Assembly (NCBI GenBank): GCA_035637655.1
Contig: DASPWT010000222.1
Location: 352 to 64,351, forward strand
DNA length: 64,000 nucleotides
Reading direction: 5' to 3'
Source: Burkholderiales bacterium
GTDB lineage: Bacteria; Pseudomonadota; Gammaproteobacteria; Burkholderiales; SG8-39
In this document: positions 41,582 to 50,363 of the stretch, in pieces
Layout of the letters: each line of letters starts with the position of its first letter
Numbering within the stretch: the first letter of the stretch is position 1
Translations under genes and position numbers: made by a program
The notes under the pieces: model-generated
The model's database searches: none
What the model saw: the letters and a program-made list of their open reading frames with translations, nothing else
Told to the model about the DNA's origin: nothing

Positions 41582-42771
41582 TGTCGACGCGAATCCTCAC
41601 CTGTGTTGCCCTTGCGGTTATCGCTTTCGGAGCCCCTTCCACGCTTTCGCCCGCAAAGGGCGCCCGGATTGACGTGACAACAGACGCCCTGCTCGCAGCC
41701 GTCTACGAAGAAGTCGTGCGGGGACATCTCGACGTGGCCCTTCAGAATATCGAAGGACTGATCCGCGTAAGACCCAACTTTCGCCTTGCTCACCTGATCA
41801 AGGGCGACTTGCTGCTCGCGCGCGCCCGGCCTATCAATACAATCGGCGCGGCCCCCAACGTACCCGAGGCGCACATGGAGGGGCTGCGGGCCGAAGCGTT
41901 CGCCCGCCTGCGAGCCTACCGAGAGCGCCCGCCGGCGGACCGTGTACCGCGCTATTTGCTGCAGCTGCGCGAGGATCAGAAGTACGCAGTCGTGGTCGAC
42001 ACGCGCCGCTCGCGGCTTTATCTGTACCAGAACGACGGCGGGAAACCGAGCTTCGTCGCCGACTATTACGTGAGCTCGGGAAAAAACGGGCCGCCGAAAG
42101 TCCGAGAGGGAGACGAGAAGACACCTATCGGGGTGTATCACGTTACGGAGAGCCTGCCCCGGCAAAAACTCTCGGATTTCTACGGCAGCGGCGCTTTCCC
42201 GATCAACTACCCGAACGAGTGGGACCGCATTCAGGGGCGCAACGGCCACGGCATCTGGCTGCACGGAACGCCTTCGAACACCTACAGCAGACCCCCGCGT
42301 TCGAGCAACGGCTGTGTTGTCCTCGCCAATTCCGATCTCGATGTGCTGGCGCGCAACCTTCAGATCGGTGTTACGCCGGTCGTCATCAGCGAGAGCGTTG
42401 AATGGCTGAGCCTCGAGGATTGGGCAAGCGAGCGAGCATCGTTCGCAAAGCAGCTCGAACAATGGCGATCCGACTGGGAAAGCCTCGACACGGAACGCTA
42501 CCTCACGCATTATTCGAAAAACTTCTCCGCGCCGAACCAGGACCTGGATAGCTGGAGCCGGCACAAGCGCCTCGTAAACGGCGGCAAGAGCTGGATCAAG
42601 GTCAAGGTGAGCAATCTCAGCATGTTCCGCGATCCCGGCAAGGACGGCCTGGTGCTGGTGAGCTTCGACCAGGAGTACAGGTCGAATAATCTGTCGAATA
42701 CCGTGAAGAAGCGCCAATACTGGCTGCACGAGGACGGACGCTGGCGCATCGTCTACGAGGGAACGGTCTAG
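41581..42771 (+). CDS. L,D-transpeptidase (YkuD) family protein with a C-terminal NTF2/SnoaL-like domain
   Basis: 'HGIWLHGTPSNTYSRPPRSSNGCVVL' carries the catalytic His and Cys. Its start overlaps the previous stop (ATGA-type TGATG junction). Confidence 0.8.
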   Translation: MSTRILTCVALAVIAFGAPSTLSPAKGARIDVTTDALLAAVYEEVVRGHLDVALQNIEGLIRVRPNFRLAHLIKGDLLLARARPINTIGAAPNVPEAHMEGLRAEAFARLRAYRERPPADRVPRYLLQLREDQKYAVVVDTRRSRLYLYQNDGGKPSFVADYYVSSGKNGPPKVREGDEKTPIGVYHVTESLPRQKLSDFYGSGAFPINYPNEWDRIQGRNGHGIWLHGTPSNTYSRPPRSSNGCVVLANSDLDVLARNLQIGVTPVVISESVEWLSLEDWASERASFAKQLEQWRSDWESLDTERYLTHYSKNFSAPNQDLDSWSRHKRLVNGGKSWIKVKVSNLSMFRDPGKDGLVLVSFDQEYRSNNLSNTVKKRQYWLHEDGRWRIVYEGTV

Positions 42772-42775
42772 ACCT

Positions 42776-43381
42776 ATGACTTACATTGTTCGAACATCCC
42801 TCTTGCAGAGTGTTGCGGTATTCGTAATTCTGCTTCTCACCGCGGCCGACGTACGTGCGCAAAATCCGCGCGTCGAAGTCAAGACCACCGCGGGCAACTT
42901 CACGATCGAGCTCTACGCCGATAAGGCTCCCAAGACGGTTGCAAATTTTCTCCAGTACGCCAACAGTGGTTTCTACAACGGCACGATATTCCACCGCGTC
43001 ATCGACGGGTTCATGGTACAGGGTGGCGGCTTCGATTCCGGAATGCGCCAGAAGACTACTCGAGCCCCGATCGAGAACGAAGCCGGCGCCGCGCTCAAGG
43101 GTGGCCTGAGAAACGAAACCGGTTCCGTTGCCATGGCGCGCACGCCCAACCCGCACTCGGCGTCCGCCCAGTTTTTCATCAACGTCAAGAACAATCCTTT
43201 TCTCGATTTCCGGGATGAATCACCGCAAGGGTACGGATATGCCGTGTTCGGGCGCGTGGTCGAAGGAATGGATACGGTGCTTCGAATATCCAAAGTGCCG
43301 ACGACGACTTCCGGGCCTTTTGAGAACGTTCCGCAGCGGTCGGTCATGATCGAATCGGTCACGCTGAAACCGGCCAAATAG
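42776..43381 (+). CDS. ppiA: Peptidyl-prolyl cis-trans isomerase A (periplasmic cyclophilin)
   Basis: Signal peptide plus '[15 protein letters not shown]' and 'SASAQFFINV'. Confidence 0.88.
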   Translation: MTYIVRTSLLQSVAVFVILLLTAADVRAQNPRVEVKTTAGNFTIELYADKAPKTVANFLQYANSGFYNGTIFHRVIDGFMVQGGGFDSGMRQKTTRAPIENEAGAALKGGLRNETGSVAMARTPNPHSASAQFFINVKNNPFLDFRDESPQGYGYAVFGRVVEGMDTVLRISKVPTTTSGPFENVPQRSVMIESVTLKPAK

Positions 43382-43390
43382 CGGGGCTCC

Positions 43391-43882
43391 ATGGTCAAGC
43401 TTAAGACCAACTTCGGCATCATCGCGCTCGAGCTCGATGCCGAACGCGCACCCGGGACGGTCAAGAATTTTCTCGAATATGTCGAATCGGGTTTCTACTC
43501 CAACACCGTGTTTCACCGCGTCATCGACGGTTTCATGATCCAGGGCGGTGGATTCGAACCGGGAATGCGCCAGAAGCCGGCCCGAAGTCCCATCAAGAAC
43601 GAAGCCGACAACGGTCTCAAGAACGAGCGCTATACGGTCGCCATGGCGCGGACTTCCGAACCGCACTCGGCCTCGAGCCAGTTTTTCATCAACGTCAAGG
43701 ACAACGACTTCCTCGACCACACGGCCCAGAACGCCCAGGGTTGGGGCTACTGTGTCTTCGGGAAAGTCGTCGAAGGCCGGGATGTCGTGGATAAGGTCAA
43801 GGGCGTGCGCACCGGCAAGCGCGGCTCCCACGGCGACGTTCCTGTCGAGGACGTCGTCATCGAGAAGGCGGAGGTCGCGTAG
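43391..43882 (+). CDS. ppiB: Peptidyl-prolyl cis-trans isomerase B (cytoplasmic cyclophilin)
   Basis: '[15 protein letters not shown]' and '[10 protein letters not shown]'. No signal peptide. Confidence 0.9.
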   Translation: MVKLKTNFGIIALELDAERAPGTVKNFLEYVESGFYSNTVFHRVIDGFMIQGGGFEPGMRQKPARSPIKNEADNGLKNERYTVAMARTSEPHSASSQFFINVKDNDFLDHTAQNAQGWGYCVFGKVVEGRDVVDKVKGVRTGKRGSHGDVPVEDVVIEKAEVA

Positions 43883-43890
43883 GGAGAGGA

Positions 43891-44610
43891 ATGGCGGTCC
43901 TTTTCATCTCCGACCTCCACCTCTCGAGCAGCCGGCCGGGGATCAATCAGGTCTTTTTCCAGTTTCTCCGCGAGCGCGCCGTCCGGGCCCCGGATCTCTA
44001 CATCCTCGGCGACCTGTTCGAGTACTGGGCGGGCGACGACGACGTCGGGGATCCCTTCAACGCGAAGGTCGTCGCGGCCCTTGCGGAATGCGCCCGCGGC
44101 GGCACGCGCATCCTCGTGATGCACGGCAACCGCGACTTCCTTTTCGGGCCTGCCTTCGCGCAGGCGAGCGGCGCGCAACTCGTCGACGACCCGGTCGTGC
44201 TCGACCTGTTCGGCGAAAAAACCGTCCTCACGCACGGCGACACGCTGTGCACCGACGACCGCGAGTACCAGGCGTTCCGCGCGGAAGTGCGCTCGGAATC
44301 CTGGAAGCGGGCCTTCCTCGCACAGCCGCTCCCCGAGCGCAAGCGGCGCATCGAGGCCCTGCGCGCGCGGAGCGAGATCGAGAAGAAACGCAAGCCAGCC
44401 GAGATCATGGACGTCAACGTCGGGGCCGTGGAGTCGCTGCTGCGCGAGCACGGCTACCCGCGCCTGATCCACGGCCACACCCACCGCCCCGCCCGGCACG
44501 AGCACCGTGTCGACGGCCGGGTATGCGAGCGCTGGGTGCTGCCCGACTGGTACGAGTCGGGAGGGGTACTGGTGTGCGACGAGAAAGGCTGCCGGGCGGA
44601 AAAACTCTAG
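43891..44610 (+). CDS. lpxH: UDP-2,3-diacylglucosamine diphosphatase
   Basis: 'LFISDLHL', 'ILGDLFEYWAGDD', 'MHGNRDFL', 'THGDTLCTDD', 'IHGHTHRP'. Confidence 0.9.
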   Translation: MAVLFISDLHLSSSRPGINQVFFQFLRERAVRAPDLYILGDLFEYWAGDDDVGDPFNAKVVAALAECARGGTRILVMHGNRDFLFGPAFAQASGAQLVDDPVVLDLFGEKTVLTHGDTLCTDDREYQAFRAEVRSESWKRAFLAQPLPERKRRIEALRARSEIEKKRKPAEIMDVNVGAVESLLREHGYPRLIHGHTHRPARHEHRVDGRVCERWVLPDWYESGGVLVCDEKGCRAEKL

Positions 44611-44756
44611 GGGCGGGAATGTTCGGACAAAGTCGACCCTAATGTGCGGATGGCTGCAAACGGCCAAGAAGCGGTCGCTCGATTACACGGTGAGCACGGA
44701 AACCCGCAAAAAAGAATCGGCCCGCAGCACCGGCCCGACCTCGCCCGCGCAGACGT

Positions 44757-46064
44757 CTAGTCCGTAATCGCCTGGTAGACGAGCTGTTTCACCAGCTTGC
44801 GGAAGTAGGCCCGCTGCGGGCTCGCCGCCTGCGTCATCAGCACCGCGACCACCTGCTCCTTCGGGTCCACCCAGAAGTAGGTGCCCCCGTAGCCCGCCCA
44901 CATGAACTCGCCCGCCGCGCCCGGCACGCCCGCGATGCCATCGCCCTGGCGCACCGAGAAGCCGAGGCCGAAGGTGTAGCCCTTGGTGCCGAGCAGCAGC
45001 AGGCCGGGATCCATCGCCAGCCCTATCGCGCCGCCGAGGTGGTCCGAGGTCATCAGTCGCACCGTGGTGCGGGAGAGGACGCGCTTGCCTTCGAGCACGC
45101 CGCCGTTCAGCATCATCTGGGAAAAGCGCAGGTAGTCCGCCGCCGTCGACACGCCGCCCGCGCCGCCCGAATCGTTCTTCGGCTGCGAGGACACGTCGAT
45201 CAACGGGAAGCCGCGGCCGGCGAAACGGTCCTTCTCCAGCGTCTCCGCGACGCGCGCCATCTTGCCCGCAGGCACCCAGAAGCCCGAATCCTTCATCCCG
45301 AGCGGCTTGAACAGACGCTCCTCGAGGAAATCCGCGAGGCGCCTGCCCGAGGCTTTCTCCACCACGCGGCCGAGCATGTCAGTGGACAGGCTGTAGTTCC
45401 ACGTCGTCCCCGGCTGGAACGCGAGCGGCACAGTCGCCATCTTCGCAATCTGCTCGTCGGGTGCGAGATTGCGCGCGTCGAAATCCATTTCCTTGCGGTA
45501 GACGCCTGCCTTCTCCAGTCCCTCCTTCACCGGCGCGTTCTGCGTGATCTCGCCGTACGCGAGGCCGGAGGTGTGGCGTAGCAGGTCCTGCACCGTCATC
45601 TGCCGTTCCTGCGGCACGAGCGCGTAGGTCGTGTTGCCTACTGCGTCCTTGCCGGGCACACTCACCTGCAGCTTGTCGAAGCCCGGCAGGTACTTGCTCA
45701 CCGGATCTGTAAGCTGGATCACGCCGTCCTCGACCAGCATCATCGCCGCCACCGACACTAGGGGCTTGGTCATCGAGTAGATGCGGAAGATTGAATCCGG
45801 CGTCATCTTCGCCGCGGCCGTCTGCATCCCGACCGCGTCTTGGTAGACGAGCTTGCCCTTCCTTGCCACCATCACCACCGCGCCGCGGAAACTGCCGTCG
45901 GCGGCTTCCTTCTTCAGCGCCTCGCCGATCTTCGCCAGTCGCTGCGCCGACATACCCACCTGCTCGGGCTTTGCCACCGGCAGCGGTTGCGCGCCGAGGC
46001 TCCAGGCGCAAAGGACGAGCACGAAACCGGCAAACGTAGCGCCGGCGCGATTGAATAGCGTCAT
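44757..46064 (-). CDS. Serine hydrolase (beta-lactamase/PBP4*-related, class C-like fold)
   Basis: Signal peptide and an S-x-x-K motif in 'FRIYSMTKPLVSVAAMMLVEDG'. Confidence 0.8.
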   Translation of the reverse strand: MTLFNRAGATFAGFVLVLCAWSLGAQPLPVAKPEQVGMSAQRLAKIGEALKKEAADGSFRGAVVMVARKGKLVYQDAVGMQTAAAKMTPDSIFRIYSMTKPLVSVAAMMLVEDGVIQLTDPVSKYLPGFDKLQVSVPGKDAVGNTTYALVPQERQMTVQDLLRHTSGLAYGEITQNAPVKEGLEKAGVYRKEMDFDARNLAPDEQIAKMATVPLAFQPGTTWNYSLSTDMLGRVVEKASGRRLADFLEERLFKPLGMKDSGFWVPAGKMARVAETLEKDRFAGRGFPLIDVSSQPKNDSGGAGGVSTAADYLRFSQMMLNGGVLEGKRVLSRTTVRLMTSDHLGGAIGLAMDPGLLLLGTKGYTFGLGFSVRQGDGIAGVPGAAGEFMWAGYGGTYFWVDPKEQVVAVLMTQAASPQRAYFRKLVKQLVYQAITD

Positions 46065-46322
46065 GGGCCTCCCTTTGGGAAGTCTTTATCGAGCGACCAT
46101 TAGGCCAAGAGTGCGCCGCAACATGCAAGGGCCGGAGCAGATTGGAAGCGGATGCGCTCGACCTGAGTGCTCGCCAGCTTGCCGGACTGGCTCTAGGAAA
46201 AAAGGCTAGCCGCGTACTTGCGACTGACCGTTTCGGGTCGTTTCCAGAATTTGACGTTCGGACACGGTCTGTCGGGGAAAGACGGGGCCCTTCCTTCCTT
46301 AGCCCTTTTTTTTTAACGCCCC

Positions 46323-47492
46323 CTAACCCAACCCCCGCGCGAGATCGTTCTGCAGATCGCGCACCGACTCGAGCCCGACGGCGACGCGCAGCAGGCCTTC
46401 GGTGATCCCGGCGCGCGCGCGGGCTTCGGCGCTTATCCTCCCGTGCGTGGTGGTGCCGGGATGCGTGATCGTGGTCTTGGTGTCACCCAGGTTCGCCGTG
46501 ATCGAGATCATGCGCGTGGAATCGATCACGTGCCACGCCGCTTCGCGTCCGCCTTTGACTGCGAACGACACGATGGCGCCGCCCGAGCGCTGCTGCCGCA
46601 TCGCCAGTGCGTGCTGGGGGTGGGACGCGAGTCCCGGGTAGTACACGCGCTCTACGCGCGGGTGGGACTCGAGCCACCGGGCGAGCTCGAGCGCGCCTTG
46701 CGATTGCGCTTCCATCCGGATCCTGAGCGTCTCTATTCCTTTCAGCAGCACCCAGGCATTGAAGGCGGAAAGAGTGGGTCCGGCGGTCCGAAGGAAGGAG
46801 AAAACCGCGTCCATCACGGGGCCGTTCGCGCCCAGCACCGCTCCGCCCAGCACCCTGCCCTGACCGTCGAGGTACTTGGTGGCCGAATGGATCACGAGGT
46901 CGGCGCCCAGCTCGAAGGGCTTCTGCAGGGCGGGTGTGCAGAAGCAGTTGTCGACCACGAGCAGCGCGCTTTTTTCGCGGGCGATCTGCGCCAGCGCCGC
47001 GATATCGAACACCTCGGTCAGAGGGTTGGACGGCGTCTCGAGGAACAGCAGGCGCGTGTTCGGCTTCATCGCGGCCCGCCATGTCGAGGGCTGAGTGCCG
47101 TCCGCGTAGGCCGTCTCGATTCCGAACTTTGAAAGGACGGTGCTGAACAATTGCACCGTTGCGCCGAAGACCCCGGAGGAGCACACGACATGGTCTCCGG
47201 CTTTCAGGGTGGCCATCGCGGTCGCGAGGATCGCGGACATTCCCGAAGCGGTCGCGACGCACGCCTGCGTGCCTTCGAGGGCCGCGAGCCGCTCCTGGAA
47301 CGCGGTCACCGTGGGATTGGTGAAGCGCGAGTAGATGTTCCCGGGCGCGTTGTTACAGAAACGGTCCGCCGCCTGGGCGGCGTTCTCAAACACGAAGCTC
47401 GAAGTGAGATAGAGCGCCTCGGAGTGCTCGTTGAACTGGCTGCGCGCGATTCCGGCGCGGACCGCAAGCGTTTCGATGTCGTAGTCCTGCAT
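46323..47492 (-). CDS. metZ: O-succinylhomoserine sulfhydrylase (Cys/Met PLP family)
   Basis: 'YSRFTNPTV' and the PLP-lysine context 'VIHSATKYLDGQGRVLGG'. Its placement next to purF is typical for metZ. Confidence 0.85.
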   Translation of the reverse strand: MQDYDIETLAVRAGIARSQFNEHSEALYLTSSFVFENAAQAADRFCNNAPGNIYSRFTNPTVTAFQERLAALEGTQACVATASGMSAILATAMATLKAGDHVVCSSGVFGATVQLFSTVLSKFGIETAYADGTQPSTWRAAMKPNTRLLFLETPSNPLTEVFDIAALAQIAREKSALLVVDNCFCTPALQKPFELGADLVIHSATKYLDGQGRVLGGAVLGANGPVMDAVFSFLRTAGPTLSAFNAWVLLKGIETLRIRMEAQSQGALELARWLESHPRVERVYYPGLASHPQHALAMRQQRSGGAIVSFAVKGGREAAWHVIDSTRMISITANLGDTKTTITHPGTTTHGRISAEARARAGITEGLLRVAVGLESVRDLQNDLARGLG

Positions 47493-47500
47493 TTGTCGAT

Positions 47501-47546
47501 CCTGAAAATAGAAAAACCCGTCCAGCTTTCGCTAAGACGGGTTTTG
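47501..47546 (-). terminator. Intrinsic terminator between purF and metZ, about 9-20 nt before the metZ RBS (attenuator-like)
   Basis: On the minus strand: AAAACCCGUC-uuagcgaaagcug-GACGGGUUUU followed by UCUAUUUU. The metZ SD (AGGA) and ATG follow immediately. Confidence 0.65.
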
Positions 47547-47547
47547 G

Positions 47548-47606
47548 CCACGCTTTAGCCGTATTTATTAGGCGCCCGCAAGCTGTCGATCAAATCGGCG
47601 CAGAGC
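47548..47606 (-). ncRNA. Candidate SAM-II-like riboswitch aptamer in the metZ leader
   Basis: The minus-strand RNA is GCGCC-GAUUUGAUCGACAGCUUGCG-GGCGC-CUAAUAAAUACGGCUAAAGCG. The CGAUUU, AGCUUG and AAAGC elements, and a loop/3'-tail pseudoknot potential, recall the SAM-II (metA-motif) consensus from memory. This has not been verified by a covariance model. Confidence 0.35.
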
Positions 47607-47608
47607 GC

Positions 47609-47637
47609 ACCTTACTATCCCGGCGCGGCGATGTCAA
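47609..47637 (-). promoter_or_regulatory. Putative sigma70 promoter for the metZ leader
   Basis: On the minus strand: TTGACA (47637-47632), a 17-nt spacer, then TAAGGT (47614-47609). It is positioned just upstream of the aptamer-like element. Confidence 0.4.
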
Positions 47638-47662
47638 ACCTGCCGGCTTCGAGCAGGATCGT

Positions 47663-49177
47663 TCAGGCCGCGTTGAGGTCGAGCTGGTTGTTCTCGGCGT
47701 CCTCCATGCTTTCCTGACGGTTGGCGTCGCGCTGCTGTTCGATCGAGGCGAGATATTCGCTCGTCACGTCTCCGGTGATGTACACCCCGTCGAAACACGA
47801 GGTCTCGAACTGCGCGAGCTTCGGGTTGACCGCGCGCACCGCGGTCTTGAGCGCGTCCAGATCCTGATAGATGACCGCATCGGCCCCGATCTCGCGCGCG
47901 ACCTGCTCCTCATTACGCCCGGTGGCGATGAGCTCGGCACGCGTCGGCATGTCGATGCCATACACGTTGGGAAATCGCACCGGCGGCGCCGCTGAGGCGA
48001 AAAACACCTTGCGCGCGCCGGCTTCGCGCGCCATCTGGACGATTTCGCGTCCCGTCGTTCCCCGCACGATCGAGTCGTCGACGATCAAGACGTTCTTGTC
48101 CTTGAATTCGAGGCCGACTACGCTCAGCTTCTGGCGCACCGATTTCTTTCGAATCGTCTGACCGGGCATTATGAAAGTACGGCCGATATAGCGATTGCGG
48201 ATGAAGCCTTCGCGATAGGTGACGTTCAGGCCGTGGGCGAGCTCCAGCGCGGCCGGCCGGCTTGTGTCGGGAACCGGGATCACCACGTCGATTCCAAGAT
48301 TGGGCATCGTGCGCCTGATTTTTTCCGAAAGCTGCCGCCCCATGTGCAGTCGGCTCTCGTACACCGAAACCCCATCCATTACCGAGTCGGGCCGGGCAAG
48401 GTAAACGTATTCGAAGATGCAGGGCGCGAGCACCGGTTTGGCCGCACACTGGCGGCTGTTGAACGTTCCGCTTTCATCGATAAAGATGGCTTCGCCGGGC
48501 AGAACGTCACGCATCAGCTCGAAGCCGAACGCGGTGAGCGCGACGCTTTCGGAAGCGACCAGATATTCGGGTCCCTCGTCGGTGTGATTGCGGCCGAATA
48601 CGAGCGGACGGATTCCAAACGGGTCACGGAATGCAAGCAATCCGTAACCCGCTATCAAGGCCACCACCGCATAGGCACCGCGGCAACGCCGATGTACATT
48701 CGCCACCGCGGTAAAGATGGTCCCGGGGTCGAGCTTCTGGCCCTTTGCGGCGAGCTCCAGTTCGTGCGCGAGTACATTGAGCAACACTTCCGAGTCGGAG
48801 TTGGTATTGATGTGGCGCAAATCCTGACGGAACATCTCCTGCTTGAGGGTTTCCGAATTGGTCAGGTTGCCGTTGTGACCGAGGACAATCCCAAACGGGG
48901 AATTGACATAGAAAGGTTGTGCCTCCCCGGCGTTGAACGCCGAGCCCGCAGTGGGATAGCGGCAGTGCCCGATGCCGGTTTCGCCGGAAAGCGAGCGCAT
49001 ATTCCGGGTGCGAAACACGTCGCGCACCATCCCGGGTCCCTTGTGCATGTGAAACGCCTTGTGTTCCGACGTGACGATCCCGGCTGCGTCCTGGCCCCGG
49101 TGCTGCAGCAGCAGCAGCCCGTCGTACAGCAACTGATTGACCGGCGTCTTCGCCACGATTCCGAGAATGCCGCACAT
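47663..49177 (-). CDS. purF: Amidophosphoribosyltransferase
   Basis: 'MCGILGIV' provides the Ntn cysteine. The PRPP-binding motif is 'VLIVDDSIVRGTTGREIV'. Confidence 0.95.
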   Translation of the reverse strand: MCGILGIVAKTPVNQLLYDGLLLLQHRGQDAAGIVTSEHKAFHMHKGPGMVRDVFRTRNMRSLSGETGIGHCRYPTAGSAFNAGEAQPFYVNSPFGIVLGHNGNLTNSETLKQEMFRQDLRHINTNSDSEVLLNVLAHELELAAKGQKLDPGTIFTAVANVHRRCRGAYAVVALIAGYGLLAFRDPFGIRPLVFGRNHTDEGPEYLVASESVALTAFGFELMRDVLPGEAIFIDESGTFNSRQCAAKPVLAPCIFEYVYLARPDSVMDGVSVYESRLHMGRQLSEKIRRTMPNLGIDVVIPVPDTSRPAALELAHGLNVTYREGFIRNRYIGRTFIMPGQTIRKKSVRQKLSVVGLEFKDKNVLIVDDSIVRGTTGREIVQMAREAGARKVFFASAAPPVRFPNVYGIDMPTRAELIATGRNEEQVAREIGADAVIYQDLDALKTAVRAVNPKLAQFETSCFDGVYITGDVTSEYLASIEQQRDANRQESMEDAENNQLDLNAA

Positions 49178-49190
49178 CTGCGCTTTTCCT

Positions 49191-49685
49191 TTAGCGGTAC
49201 TTCAAGCGTTGTGCCAGACCCGCCGGCAGATAGGGCCGCAGCGCGAGTACCGCAGTCTCGAACGGCCCGGAGAGAAATGCATCGCGCCAGAAGGGTTCGC
49301 GCGAAAGCGGGGTTGGCGTCAAACCTGCGAGCATCACTGCAATCAGCACGATGAGCAACCCCCTCACCAACCCGAAGACCGAACCGAGCGCTCGATCCGC
49401 AGGAGCTAGTCCCGACGCGCGCACCGCGGATAAAAGCGCGAGCCCGGCAAGCCAGCCGACTAACAGCACTGCTGCGAATACAAGCATGAATCCGAGCAGC
49501 GCGCTCAGCAGCGGACTCAGGCTTTGCGGCAGATAGCCGGCGGCGTAGCCTCCAAAAGATGTCGCCAGTATGAAGCCCCCAACCCACACCCCGAGAGAGA
49601 TCATCTCACGCATCAGGCCACGGAAAAGGCTCACCGCGACCGATACGACCAGAACGATCAGCACGCCAGAATCGAACCAAGTCAT
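49191..49685 (-). CDS. cvpA: Colicin V production protein CvpA
   Basis: 164-aa four-TM protein, 'MTWFDSGVLIVLVVSVAVSLFRGLMREMISL', in the conserved position upstream of purF. Confidence 0.9.
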   Translation of the reverse strand: MTWFDSGVLIVLVVSVAVSLFRGLMREMISLGVWVGGFILATSFGGYAAGYLPQSLSPLLSALLGFMLVFAAVLLVGWLAGLALLSAVRASGLAPADRALGSVFGLVRGLLIVLIAVMLAGLTPTPLSREPFWRDAFLSGPFETAVLALRPYLPAGLAQRLKYR

Positions 49686-50320
49686 CGCTGTGCCACCTGC
49701 CCGACTTCAAAGCCGAGCGATTTAAGTTTGTCCCGCGCCTTTTCCGCGGCGTCTCGGCTCTCGAAAGGTCCGGCGCGCACGCGCGTTTGCTCGCCCTGCT
49801 GGCCTTTGACGCTCTCGGTATAGCTCTTGATGCCTGCGGAAGCCGCCCGGTCCTGTACCTGCTTCGCGTTGTCGGGATTGGCGAAGGCGCCGAGCGGGAC
49901 GACGAACCCCTCGTCGTTCAACAGCGCCTGAGCGCGGCGAGCCTCGGCCACGTGGGTCTTCGCGCGCTCTTTGTCCGGGGTCCTCGCGCTCTCCTTCTTC
50001 GGAGCGCGAGACCGCGAGGCAGACCCGGGCTCGGCTTGTGTCGCTCTATTCGACGGATCTTTCGCGGCTTGCGTCGAATCTCCCTTCTGCGGCGCTACAG
50101 GAGGCGACTGCAGCGGCGGGAGAACCCGCGTCTTAAACGGCCCCCCGTCTTGACTGGGGATTTGCACGGTCAGCGCCTGGGGCACGGGCGTGGGTTGCTG
50201 GTCCAGAATGACGGGCAGGACCACGACGATGAGCACCACCAGCGCGATGGCGCCGACCAGCCGCCGGCGCGCGCGGCGCTTAAGCAGGTTGGCGTCGTCT
50301 GCCAATGGAAAAGACCCCAA
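49682..50320 (-). CDS. SPOR-domain cell-division protein (DedD-like)
   Basis: It has an N-terminal TM helix, a low-complexity linker and the C-terminal SPOR motif 'FVVPLGAFANPDNAKQVQDRAASAGIKSY...VRAGPFESRDAAEKARDKLKSLGF'. Confidence 0.75.
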   Translation of the reverse strand: MGSFPLADDANLLKRRARRRLVGAIALVVLIVVVLPVILDQQPTPVPQALTVQIPSQDGGPFKTRVLPPLQSPPVAPQKGDSTQAAKDPSNRATQAEPGSASRSRAPKKESARTPDKERAKTHVAEARRAQALLNDEGFVVPLGAFANPDNAKQVQDRAASAGIKSYTESVKGQQGEQTRVRAGPFESRDAAEKARDKLKSLGFEVGQVAQR

Positions 50321-50363
50321 ATAAGCTGCGAACTGCGTCCGAAATGCCCCGTTCGAACTTTCC

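Noticed and set aside
46260-46322. A T-run (ccctttttttttaacg) with a weak upstream stem, as a possible orphan terminator or sRNA 3' end on the plus strand between the serine hydrolase and metZ.
   Set aside because: The stem is only about 4 bp, no promoter-like element or conserved structure was seen, and both flanking genes are on the opposite strand. The evidence is insufficient.
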